A stretch of 64,000 bases of DNA from an uncultured Verrucomicrobiae bacterium (GTDB taxonomy: Bacteria; Verrucomicrobiota; Verrucomicrobiia; Chthoniobacterales; UBA10450). Every line of letters starts with the position of its first letter. Within the stretch, counting starts at the first letter, position 1. Shown here in pieces: positions 9,324 to 18,502 of the stretch. The notes beneath the pieces are model-generated. The model saw only the letters and a list, made by a program, of their open reading frames with translations, searched no databases and was not told the DNA's origin. The stretch lies in assembly GCA_963772365.1 (NCBI GenBank), contig CAVYXA010000004.1, forward strand, positions 96,001 through 160,000. Reading direction: 5' to 3'. The position numbers and the translations under genes are program-made.

Positions 9324-12300
9324 TAACCCCCGCCACCCCGCCATGTACCGATAACGGCGCGCAAGTTTCTCAAAAAATTGCCGCTCTGTTGGGGCAAATG
9401 GTGGGTTCCGAGACCGTTTCCCCAATCCAAATGGAAGTGCGTTCCCTCTTGCCATTCTCCGGCATTTTTCCAGCGGCCGTATTCAAATCCTCGGAATCTC
9501 GCAAGCTTTAACCCTGCGGCGGTGACCAGAGCCTCCTGCGATACCGTCCCCAAATACTTGCTGATAGCGGTATCTTTGGCACACGGGTCGTAACGATCTG
9601 AAAACGGATCGGCGAACGGAATCAAACCATCTAAACCGGCATAGGCACCTTGTTCAAAATCTGCGGCCCGGTAGTTATCCCATCCCCCGTTGAATCCTTC
9701 GTAATCGCCCACGCCCCACGTCGCTGGATTAGTCAGATACCAAAGACCGAGAGGATCTGTCAGGTTGACGGGATCGTTCCCGACGTAGCCGTACAGATTC
9801 ACGCCTCCATCCTCCCCGATTGGATCGCGGCTTAGCCATCTTGCAGCCACAGCATCGTACTCACGCGTGAGGCTGAAATTCAGACTGCTTCCACTGTGAA
9901 GATAAAATCCTGTAAAGCCGAAATCGGCGTCCTGACCGCCGCTTACCTTGGTTCGGTTACCGTAGGGATCGTAATCGTAACGCGCCTTGATTGCCCCGGT
10001 GCTATTTGTCATCTCCCGGATACTGCCGAGGTGATCACGCAGGTAATAGAAAAGCGTGTTGCCGCTGACAGTCTGCACCCCCTGGGCGTAATAGCGCTTA
10101 ACCACCGCATTGCTATTGTTGCGCTGCTCAGCGACTGTTACCCCCTCCCACACGAATTTCTTTGTGCTGTTGACCGTGTTCCCTGTCTTCTCCACGATCT
10201 TGACACGTCGGCTTAAGCCATCGTAGGTAAATTCGCTTCGATTCGTGGTCCCGGTGTAATTGATTGCCACCAGTCGACTGGCTGCGTCCCATTCGTAGGT
10301 CTTCGTTGCGTCATCAGTCAGATTGCCGTTTAGATCATACGAGAACGTCCGGTTCGAGCCGGAAGAAGCCGTGACCTGATAGTTGTTCGTCTTGACATTC
10401 CCATTCGTATCGGTCGCAACTACGGAGACCGTGTTGTTCCCCGGAACGACATCCACCACTCCGTCGAAATTTCCTGCCCCGTCCACCGTGGCCGCGTTTC
10501 CGCCTACTGTCACGGTCGAGGGTTCATTCACCGTCCCTCTAAAATGCAGCTTGCCTCCTCCGTTCTGGCTCGTCAGTTGATTGAGCTCGTTATAGTTCGA
10601 GGTCGTGATTGTGCTCCGCTCCTGGTTGGTATAGCGGTTGCCAGCCGCGTCGTAATCGTAGTCGTACTGCTTGAGCACTGCCCCGCTTTGCACTTTCTTT
10701 TGCAGCGCACTGCTCAATTGATCAGCCGAATCATATCTGAGAGTGTACGTGCTCGCCGTATTGGCAGCTCCCTGTCTTACCGTCCAACTCGTGATATCGC
10801 CCGCTGCATTGTAGAGATAATCGAACTGCGAAATAATGGCTGCGGAAGGGTTAAGGTTCTTGATCTGTTTCAGGCGCTGATCGCCCAGATTGTCGAAGTA
10901 AGCATACTGAATCTTCTGGCCACCAGGGATATCCTCATGATCAAGTCGGCTGGTCGTGTTCACGTAACTGTAATTAAATGTGCCCAAGACATTGGTCACG
11001 CTCTGCACACGGCCCAATGAGTCATACACCATCGAAGCAGCATTCGCCGCACCATTGATCGAGCGGCCAATCGCCCGGCCCAGCTCATCATACGAGTAGG
11101 TAATGGTGTCGTTGTTGAGCGAGCCATCAACGCTCGCCAGGCGAGCCGAACCGAGCGCGGGCGGCACTGGTACCGGATTGTAACCGTAGCTCGTCAAGCC
11201 GGTACCGTCGTTCATGCTCGCCACCCGGTTGTAAACCGGATCGCAGGTGTACGTGACGCTTGGCGTGGCGATCTGCGCGTTCGTGTAACTGATCTGTTGG
11301 AGGTTGTTGTCGAGGAAATAGCCGTAATTGGTCGTTTGCCCTTTGGCATCAGTCATCGATTTGAGCCGGCTGGTTGTGTCCTCGTATGTGTAATGGGTCG
11401 AGTTTTGGTCGGCATAAATCTTTTCCGTGACTCTGCCCTGAACGTCCCGCACCCAATTGGTCGTGTTGTGGTTTGGATCGGTGATGCCATCCAGGCTGCC
11501 GCAGTTGCACCAATTGTACACCGTGATCCGGTAAAGCGGATCTTGCATCACGATCAGGCGGCGAAGGGCATCATGCCAGTTGTGGCTCCAGCGCCCCAGC
11601 CGGTCCCGGGTCCATTCCGGATCAAGGCGGTCGTAGGTGGTTTCCTCGTAAGTGCCGTCGGGATAGGTGACCTTCGCGATCCGGTCCATTGTCTTCGTGG
11701 GGTCACCGCCAATCGCGTCGTAGTCAATCGTGACCGCGTATCCTTCCGAATCGGTTGCCGTGCGCAGCCGGCCAAAACCGTCGTAAGCAAATGAAGTAAT
11801 CGCACCCGCCACAGGCCCCGTGATGCTCTGGAGATAGCCACTGTTGTCGTAGGCGTAGGTCGTGACTTCGTTTTTTGCGTTTGTAATCGTGTGAATCTGG
11901 CCGTTTGCATAGTAGTCGTAAATCGTGGTCTGGCCCGAAGCGTCCGTCGCGGTGAGGGGCTCGTGTTGTGCGTTGTAGGTATAAGCAGCGACCTTGTCGG
12001 CCGCTTGCCCTTCTGGATCAAGACTGGCTCCGGCCGGGTTCCGTTGATACACGGTGAGCAGGTCGATTCCGTTGGCGTCGTAAGCGTAGCTGGTAACCCG
12101 ACCCAGCGGGTCGGTCACCTTGGTTGTTTTGCCGAAGCCATTGTATTCGTATTGATAAAGCTGGGTAGTGCCGTCATCCATGACACGCGCAACCTTGGAA
12201 GGTTTAAAGATCGTAACGTTCCCCGTCCCGGCGGGCCAGGTCTGCCCGGGATAATTGTTCCAGACCCGATCCTCGAACGGCATTTTGCTGCTTTCGGGGA

Positions 12301-14551
12301 CATCGGAAGCGACATTGATGTCTTCAGTGTGGAGCCAGTGGGTGATGCGCGCCTTGGTGTAGACTCCAGGCGCTTCCGCCATCGCTTTCTTGTCCCAATA
12401 GAAGGTGTCCCGATAATTAATGTATTGGTTGAAGGTGGCGATCTCGGGCGGAACCGTATTGCCTGATTCCGAGAACGGAATGGCTGAGACATTGTTATTA
12501 TATTCGACCCGTTCTTTGGCGCCCTGAGGATCGGTGACTTCAAGCCAGCGATAGCTCGAGCCGGATTCGCCCATGGCGAAGAGCGTATCACCGTATGGCG
12601 TCGTCATTTTGTTGATGAAATCGCCCGTATCGTAGGTGAATTCCGAAACGAGACCAATCGAGTCGGTAATCTTCCACAGTTGCCCGGCTTCGTTGTACTC
12701 CAGTGTGGCGACCCGGCCAAATGGATCGGTCACCTTGGTTACTTTTAGTGGGTCTCCGGTCAGCTCGTAGCTTAGAGTCGTCACCTGACCGATCGCGTCC
12801 GTGATTGCAACCAGGCGAAAGGTCCCATCGTAAGAATAGGCGAGCGCGTTCCCGTGAGGGTCGATTGACTGAGTCATAAACAGCTTGCGCGCCACCGGGG
12901 CGCCATCTGAGACCGCGAAAATCTGCCGAGAACCGTCAGGGAACCGCTTCTCGTATTGATCGGTTCCCAGCTTGACCAGGCTAACCTGGGTCTCGCGTTG
13001 CGGCGCATAGCTTTGAGTGCCGGAGTTAAATCCATTGTAGTGCAGCGTTCCGCCTCCCGGTCCGTAAGCAGTGGCGTCTGCGGCTTCATTGGCCGGATCG
13101 ATGACGATGTAGCTGATCCAATTGAAGCTCCACTTGTTCCCCAGATTGGAATAGGTTGGGGTTTGTACAGGCGCGACCTCGCGCTGCTGATAGGAAACGG
13201 CAAATTTTACTGCGGGTCCGACCGGCGGCGCATAGCTGACCGGTGTGTCGGTGATCGTGAGACTGACCCGGGCGGAGTCGACGTTGTAGTCTGCCATGCC
13301 ATCCGAGCCGCCACATTCTGGCTTAGGACATTTGACCGACGGAGCCACACACGGCGGAGGCGGCTCCGAATTACTGCCAGCGTTGCCCTTCCCCCAGACG
13401 TTCTTTCCTTCCGCTTCGCTGACCGGCTGCCAACCACTGGGCAGATCGCCCGCCGGTACAAGAAAGTAGCCCGACTGCTCCTCGTCGATCGTCTGCTGCG
13501 TGAGGAGCGTGTCGTCGCCAAACGTCGGATCCTGGGCGCGGAACCTTCCATCCTTTTCCTCGATTAAGGCGGCGTAATGGCCTACCCGCCAATTGATCAC
13601 CGAAGGAACGATTATCCTTGCTCCAAGTGAACGCTTTGCCATCTGATATCTCAAACCGAGTTTATCAGCCAGCTTTTTGACCTGAACCAATGACATCCCC
13701 CTATTAGTCGAGGCAGAGGCGAGAATCTCCTTTTGCCGATCGGGGCCGCCCAAATGCGAGGCGGCAAGAATCTGTTTCAACGCCATCGGACCACACCGAA
13801 AAGCGTCTTGCGGACGTGTCCTCATTAACGCTAACCCTTGTCGCGCCGTGGCGACTTTTTCCGTCGCCGCGCCTCGAACGTCGCGGTGATCAATCTCGCC
13901 AAACAGAGCCTCAAGGCGATCTGCTCGGCCCAGCCTGGCATTGAGCTGAGCGAGCTCACCCAAAACATAGTCAGCCAGCGCTCGCTGGCGTGGCTGGGTT
14001 GCCTTTGCGACCAGGGGCCACGCCTCTTCCCAAGCGTCCAGTGCTTTGGACCAGTGACCAGTCGCGCGCCAAATCGCTCCCAAATTGGCGAGCAATGCTG
14101 CTCGCCAAGGGGAAGCAGGGAACTGATTGAGGAAACTAGTAAATCCATCGGCCGCTTCAGGATTGTTCCGGGCAGCGAAATCTTTGATGATCGTTGCCAA
14201 CGCGAAATTTTCCGACGGTGAGGTCCTGCCGCCAACCGGGATCAATGGTTCCCGAAATACGCGTGCCGCTTCAAGCTCACCATCGGTGGGGCTGCTGGAA
14301 AAGTGCATTGCCGATCGCTGACTCATAGGCGGCAGCGTACGATTAGGCCTTGCTCCGCTCGTCGAAGCAAAAAACGTGGCTGCTTGTGCTCGTGGCTTCG
14401 GGGCCGACGAAGTTGTTGTCTCAGTGGTAGCCGCGATCAAAATCTGGACAGGCCAAACAGAGACCGCTTGTGATACTGCCACAAGGTATGAGGTGGCGCG
14501 AAGTCGCCAGTTCAATTGTGACATTCTCTTGGCTGACACCGCGCTTTTCAT
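9323..14551 (-). CDS. RHS/YD-repeat polymorphic toxin with N-terminal helical (TPR-like) and C39 peptidase domains, internal Ig-like insert and C-terminal toxin domain
   Basis: YD repeats; core end RWLSRDPIGEDGGVNLYGYVGNDPVNLTDPLGL; C39 motifs CGPMAL, WRVGHY, QDPTFG. Confidence 0.93.
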   Translation of the reverse strand: MKSAVSAKRMSQLNWRLRATSYLVAVSQAVSVWPVQILIAATTETTTSSAPKPRAQAATFFASTSGARPNRTLPPMSQRSAMHFSSSPTDGELEAARVFREPLIPVGGRTSPSENFALATIIKDFAARNNPEAADGFTSFLNQFPASPWRAALLANLGAIWRATGHWSKALDAWEEAWPLVAKATQPRQRALADYVLGELAQLNARLGRADRLEALFGEIDHRDVRGAATEKVATARQGLALMRTRPQDAFRCGPMALKQILAASHLGGPDRQKEILASASTNRGMSLVQVKKLADKLGLRYQMAKRSLGARIIVPSVINWRVGHYAALIEEKDGRFRAQDPTFGDDTLLTQQTIDEEQSGYFLVPAGDLPSGWQPVSEAEGKNVWGKGNAGSNSEPPPPCVAPSVKCPKPECGGSDGMADYNVDSARVSLTITDTPVSYAPPVGPAVKFAVSYQQREVAPVQTPTYSNLGNKWSFNWISYIVIDPANEAADATAYGPGGGTLHYNGFNSGTQSYAPQRETQVSLVKLGTDQYEKRFPDGSRQIFAVSDGAPVARKLFMTQSIDPHGNALAYSYDGTFRLVAITDAIGQVTTLSYELTGDPLKVTKVTDPFGRVATLEYNEAGQLWKITDSIGLVSEFTYDTGDFINKMTTPYGDTLFAMGESGSSYRWLEVTDPQGAKERVEYNNNVSAIPFSESGNTVPPEIATFNQYINYRDTFYWDKKAMAEAPGVYTKARITHWLHTEDINVASDVPESSKMPFEDRVWNNYPGQTWPAGTGNVTIFKPSKVARVMDDGTTQLYQYEYNGFGKTTKVTDPLGRVTSYAYDANGIDLLTVYQRNPAGASLDPEGQAADKVAAYTYNAQHEPLTATDASGQTTIYDYYANGQIHTITNAKNEVTTYAYDNSGYLQSITGPVAGAITSFAYDGFGRLRTATDSEGYAVTIDYDAIGGDPTKTMDRIAKVTYPDGTYEETTYDRLDPEWTRDRLGRWSHNWHDALRRLIVMQDPLYRITVYNWCNCGSLDGITDPNHNTTNWVRDVQGRVTEKIYADQNSTHYTYEDTTSRLKSMTDAKGQTTNYGYFLDNNLQQISYTNAQIATPSVTYTCDPVYNRVASMNDGTGLTSYGYNPVPVPPALGSARLASVDGSLNNDTITYSYDELGRAIGRSINGAANAASMVYDSLGRVQSVTNVLGTFNYSYVNTTSRLDHEDIPGGQKIQYAYFDNLGDQRLKQIKNLNPSAAIISQFDYLYNAAGDITSWTVRQGAANTASTYTLRYDSADQLSSALQKKVQSGAVLKQYDYDYDAAGNRYTNQERSTITTSNYNELNQLTSQNGGGKLHFRGTVNEPSTVTVGGNAATVDGAGNFDGVVDVVPGNNTVSVVATDTNGNVKTNNYQVTASSGSNRTFSYDLNGNLTDDATKTYEWDAASRLVAINYTGTTNRSEFTYDGLSRRVKIVEKTGNTVNSTKKFVWEGVTVAEQRNNSNAVVKRYYAQGVQTVSGNTLFYYLRDHLGSIREMTNSTGAIKARYDYDPYGNRTKVSGGQDADFGFTGFYLHSGSSLNFSLTREYDAVAARWLSRDPIGEDGGVNLYGYVGNDPVNLTDPLGLWYLTNPATWGVGDYEGFNGGWDNYRAADFEQGAYAGLDGLIPFADPFSDRYDPCAKDTAISKYLGTVSQEALVTAAGLKLARFRGFEYGRWKNAGEWQEGTHFHLDWGNGLGTHHLPQQSGNFLRNLRAVIGTWRGGGG

Positions 14552-14554
14552 TCC

Positions 14555-16555
14555 TTAAGGTGAGAGAACCGCGTCAGCGGGTTCAGTTAGCACAATCGTG
14601 GGAGGGGTATGGTCGTTTGGATCGCCCGAGGGAAGCTGCGAACGCGTAGGATCGAGCGGGTAAGCGTCTTGTCCGTCGGGTACGCCATCGCCATCGGAAT
14701 CTGCAGCGAAGGGATTGGTGCCGATCGAGTACCCATAGGTATTCGTGAGACCATCACCGTCGACATCGTTGCTGAGCGGGTCAAAGCCCGCATAATACTC
14801 AGCGCCGTCTGGAACAAGATCTCCGTTCGTGTCCCAATTATAGGGGTCAGTGCCGATTGCTTGTTCTTGTCCGTTCGGAAGACCATCGTCGTCCTGGTCC
14901 AACGCCGGAAAAAGGTATTTCGAATCGAGCGCCCGTATAGCCCCGGCTCTCTCCGCAAAGTTCAAAACATGGTCGTAGACGATCACTTCGGCTATATCGC
15001 CGGCGAAGTTGTCAATGTAAGCTCGACCCAGGAGAGGATCAGAACGAAACGCCACTGTGTTAGTTGTTTCCCGATGTTCCTCTAATCCATCAAAGCGCGC
15101 CACCCATTCGTTCTCCTTCGCACTCACGTTGTAAATGTGATATTCGTCCCAGCTGTGGGGCGGATTGCCTAAGTTGTATTGCACCGTGCTGCCGAAGTCG
15201 TCATAGATGTTCCCGTCAAACCAACAAGGATAACACGCTCCGTAGGTACTGCCGCCAAACGACATCATGCGGTAGTGGCCGCCATCCTTCGCCCCTCGCA
15301 CCACCAGGAAGATCTCCCCCTCCGTTCCCCCGTTCATCAGATTCGGCAGACTTAGCCATTGGTTTCCTCCAAAATGCACAACCGGACGACCATTCAGCTC
15401 GTTCTCCACCAAGGCTGGCTGGTTTGCCCCTGTGTTCTGCACAGCGTGGTTCTCCAAGCCGGATTGATCCACCCAGTAGTCAATTGGATTGGTCGTCGCA
15501 TCGGCCTTTAACCACAAACGCATGTTATTCAATGGCATTCCAACACCGAACGGAGGAAGCGACGCAGTTGCTTCATTCGAGGGTAGCGATAGGCCCGCAA
15601 AATTACTGGCACTGACGCGATACGTATAAGTTTCACCCGCTTGCAGCGCAGCATCGATGTAGCTACGCCCTGGCACCCTTGCAATTTCGGTGAAAGCTCC
15701 AGCGCCTACTTTGCGCTCCACGATGAACTCAGTCGCATCGTTCACTGTAGGGTAATCCCAAATTACGCTCGTTTCATCAGCAGAGATGGCGTGAGCGCCA
15801 AGATTCGTCGGCGTCGTTGGATCTGCCACCAATGCATATTTGCTTCCCAGATATGTGTCCGTCGTTCGGCGCTCCGCAGAGCTCAAGACGCGGTCGTAGA
15901 CGATCACTTCGGCTATATCTCCGGCGAAGTTGTCAACGTAAGCTCGGCCCAGGAGAGGATCAGAACGAAATGCCACGGTGTTCGTTGCTTCTCTGTGTTC
16001 CTCCAATCCATCAAAGCGTGCCACCCATTCGTTCGCTTTCGCACTTACATTGTAGATGTGGTACTCGGGCCAGCTCTGGGGCGGATTGCCTAAATTGTAT
16101 TGCGCCGTGCTACCGAAGTCGTCATAGATGTTCCCGTCGAACCAACAAGGATAACATGCTCCGTAGGTACTAGTGCCAAAGTGCATCATGCGGTAGTGAC
16201 CGCCATCCTGCGCCCCTCGCACCACCATGAAAATCTCGCCTTCGCTTGCCGTGTTCATGAAGTTCGGCAACGTAAAATATTCGCCGCCGCTGAAATGGAC
16301 GATTGGCAATCCGTTTAGACCATTCTGAGTGAAAAATGGTTGCTGACCGCTGTTCGGTTGCGTCGCGTCTGAGGAGTTTCCAGATTGGTCCTGCCAAATG
16401 CTGATCCTTCCATTTGAATCATAAACAACGCCGAAGTCGGCCCGTAGCCAGAGTCTGAGTCCTTCAGTGACTGGCAAAGTTTGAGAGCCAGCCGTCGCCC
16501 TGAGTATCATTGCGAAGCTTAGAACCCGTATGATTCTTCGGCATTCAGTGCGCAC
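14555..16555 (-). CDS. Secreted protein: LamG/concanavalin-like domain, FN3, second LamG-like domain, DxDxDG Ca-binding repeats (start uncertain)
   Basis: LWLRAD..WQDQSGN and FAGDIAEVIVYDRVL occur twice; YTYRVSASNFAGLS (FN3); DQDDDG/DTNGD/DVDGDG/DSDGDG. Confidence 0.85.
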   Translation of the reverse strand: MRTECRRIIRVLSFAMILRATAGSQTLPVTEGLRLWLRADFGVVYDSNGRISIWQDQSGNSSDATQPNSGQQPFFTQNGLNGLPIVHFSGGEYFTLPNFMNTASEGEIFMVVRGAQDGGHYRMMHFGTSTYGACYPCWFDGNIYDDFGSTAQYNLGNPPQSWPEYHIYNVSAKANEWVARFDGLEEHREATNTVAFRSDPLLGRAYVDNFAGDIAEVIVYDRVLSSAERRTTDTYLGSKYALVADPTTPTNLGAHAISADETSVIWDYPTVNDATEFIVERKVGAGAFTEIARVPGRSYIDAALQAGETYTYRVSASNFAGLSLPSNEATASLPPFGVGMPLNNMRLWLKADATTNPIDYWVDQSGLENHAVQNTGANQPALVENELNGRPVVHFGGNQWLSLPNLMNGGTEGEIFLVVRGAKDGGHYRMMSFGGSTYGACYPCWFDGNIYDDFGSTVQYNLGNPPHSWDEYHIYNVSAKENEWVARFDGLEEHRETTNTVAFRSDPLLGRAYIDNFAGDIAEVIVYDHVLNFAERAGAIRALDSKYLFPALDQDDDGLPNGQEQAIGTDPYNWDTNGDLVPDGAEYYAGFDPLSNDVDGDGLTNTYGYSIGTNPFAADSDGDGVPDGQDAYPLDPTRSQLPSGDPNDHTPPTIVLTEPADAVLSP
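14971..16269. repeat. Intragenic direct repeat, about 380 bp (14971-15348 and 15892-16269), encoding the duplicated LamG-like domain
   Basis: The copies align at a constant 921-bp offset with high identity, e.g. ggtcgtagacgatcacttcggctatatc in both. Confidence 0.9.
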
Positions 16556-16839
16556 AATGTGCGATGAATAGAAAATGAAGTTTTGATAGGCAAGACTTTT
16601 TTGTGTCACAAATTTTGAACCAGCGCGATCGGCCAATGCGAACGCTGCCCGCACGGCTCCGAACAGTTGCCCCGTGCAAACAGGGGTAAAGATCCAACTC
16701 TTTTCCGCCAACGCGAACGCGGTGAGACCGTGCCGGGAGTGTCCGCCTGCGCGCCCACGAGAGGTCGCGGGCTGTTATTCCACCTGATGATGTCGCTGCT
16801 ACGCGGCCAGAGCGGTCCGTAAATTGCCCGCTCAGCTTG

Positions 16840-17084
16840 TTATCCGCTTGCACCGGCGGCATGATCGCGAGTTCTTCATCCGGTGTTGGTTTGTAATTTC
16901 GATCTACAAATTCCACACCGGCGCCGATCAAAATTGTTTTGTCGTGGACACGAAGTGGAGGCGTTTGGGAATAGATCTGTTCGAGTAAATCGCCAACTGT
17001 CGATCCTGGCGGAACATCGATATCCGTTTCCGGAACGCCGACTATATCGCGCAGCTGAACGTAAAACTGGACCAGAATTGTCAT
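16840..17084 (-). pseudogene. moaD: MoaD/ThiS sulfur carrier, frameshifted at the terminal GG (possible sequencing error)
   Basis: Ubiquitin-like sequence ending IMPPVQ; CAA-GCGGATAA would read Q-G-G-stop with one more G. Confidence 0.8.
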
Positions 17085-17208
17085 TTGATCTCGATGAAAG
17101 AATTTTCTGCCGAAATTATCTGGAATTTTGAAACGGGCTCACTAATGTGGGCGGCAGCCGCGAGCACGCGCGAGGTTTGAAAAGCGCCCCTGGGTGAAAA
17201 AGTTTGCC

Positions 17209-17841
17209 ATGCCAGAAAAAGTCCGACCGACCGAACAAATGCTGGAATTGAACGAGGAGGAAGGGCTTTCGCCCGAGCATCTCGATTCGCAGGTTCAGAA
17301 GGCGCAGGAACAACTGCTCCAGCTTAAGCGTCAGCAGGAGCAAATCGAAAAACAAAAACGGGAACTGGAAGAGCTGAGTCGCCGTCAGGAAGAACTCGAG
17401 CGCGGGCGGGCGGAGATGACCGATAAGTTAACGCGGTCGCTCGTTGTATTGGAACGCGAAGGTTACGAAACTCAAAAACGTCTCGAACAGATCCGGGCGA
17501 TGCGGGAAAGTTTCGGTCAGCATTTGGAATTGATCGAGGCAATCGATCCGAAAACATGGAACCCGGCCGACTTGCACAAGGAGTTGAGCAGGGCGTTGAG
17601 CGCAGTTGATGATGCCCGGGCGGAATACAGTCAGCAGCGCAGCCGGCTTCAAGCTTCTGCCGGCGAAAACAGCGGAGATGTGGATTTGCCCGAAGCTGCT
17701 CCGGGCACGGCAGGTTTGTTCAACGGCGGACGTTCCTTCGGGCGATGGATACAGATCGGGTTCGCGTTTAGTCTCCCGTTAATCATTTTCGGATTTATCG
17801 CGCTACTCCTTTTCTTCTGGATGGCATCGAAAGGCCCGTAA
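17209..17841 (+). CDS. Hypothetical coiled-coil protein with C-terminal TM helix
   Basis: E/Q/L/R-rich heptads, hydrophobic C-terminus. Confidence 0.75.
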   Translation: MPEKVRPTEQMLELNEEEGLSPEHLDSQVQKAQEQLLQLKRQQEQIEKQKRELEELSRRQEELERGRAEMTDKLTRSLVVLEREGYETQKRLEQIRAMRESFGQHLELIEAIDPKTWNPADLHKELSRALSAVDDARAEYSQQRSRLQASAGENSGDVDLPEAAPGTAGLFNGGRSFGRWIQIGFAFSLPLIIFGFIALLLFFWMASKGP

Positions 17842-17846
17842 CTCGC

Positions 17847-18209
17847 ATGCTTCGTCGCCTGAGTAGATCGGACACGGCGCTCGATCAAAGTAAAGAAGCG
17901 CTCGCCCGCCGCGAATCGGAATTGCGCGAAAAAATGGCACAGCTCGAGCGGATGATCGAGGAGGCGCCGCGTGTCGCAGAGGAAACATTGCGGAAACAGC
18001 GGGACGAATTGTTGCTGCGCGCTAACGAAGGCGGCAGAAGATTGGACGTATCGATAGCGCTCCAGGATAAACGCCGCAGTTATGCGGATGCGCCTCGACC
18101 TCGCGGATCGCTTCGCAAAGAGCGGCGGGAAGGTCGAATTATCTTCCTTGTGCTCGTGATCGCGCTTGCGGTTGCGGTGACCTGGCTGGTGAGTCATTTG
18201 CATTTCTAG
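17847..18209 (+). CDS. Hypothetical coiled-coil protein with C-terminal TM helix
   Basis: Operon spacing with neighbours; IIFLVLVIALAVAVTWLV. Confidence 0.7.
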   Translation: MLRRLSRSDTALDQSKEALARRESELREKMAQLERMIEEAPRVAEETLRKQRDELLLRANEGGRRLDVSIALQDKRRSYADAPRPRGSLRKERREGRIIFLVLVIALAVAVTWLVSHLHF

Positions 18210-18211
18210 CA

Positions 18212-18502
18212 ATGGCGAACAGTTCCGATCTCGATGTTGCGTACGTAGCCAGATTGGCCCGACTCAATTTGACTCAGGCAGAAACAGAACTCTTCCAAAG
18301 GCAGCTTGGTGAAGTATTGCAATACGCCGATAAGTTACGCCAGGTTGACGTGACGAATGTAGAACCGGCGGCGCACGATGTTGAAATGTTTAATGTTTTC
18401 CACGAGGACGATCCGCGCGATTGGTTCACAGCCGAAGAGGCTTTGAGCAATGCTCCGCGGAAGGCGAACGGCCTTTTTATCGTCACAAAAGTCGTGGAAT
18501 GA
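18212..18502 (+). CDS. gatC: Asp/Glu-tRNA amidotransferase subunit C
   Basis: [25 protein letters not shown]; directly upstream of gatA. Confidence 0.93.
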   Translation: MANSSDLDVAYVARLARLNLTQAETELFQRQLGEVLQYADKLRQVDVTNVEPAAHDVEMFNVFHEDDPRDWFTAEEALSNAPRKANGLFIVTKVVE

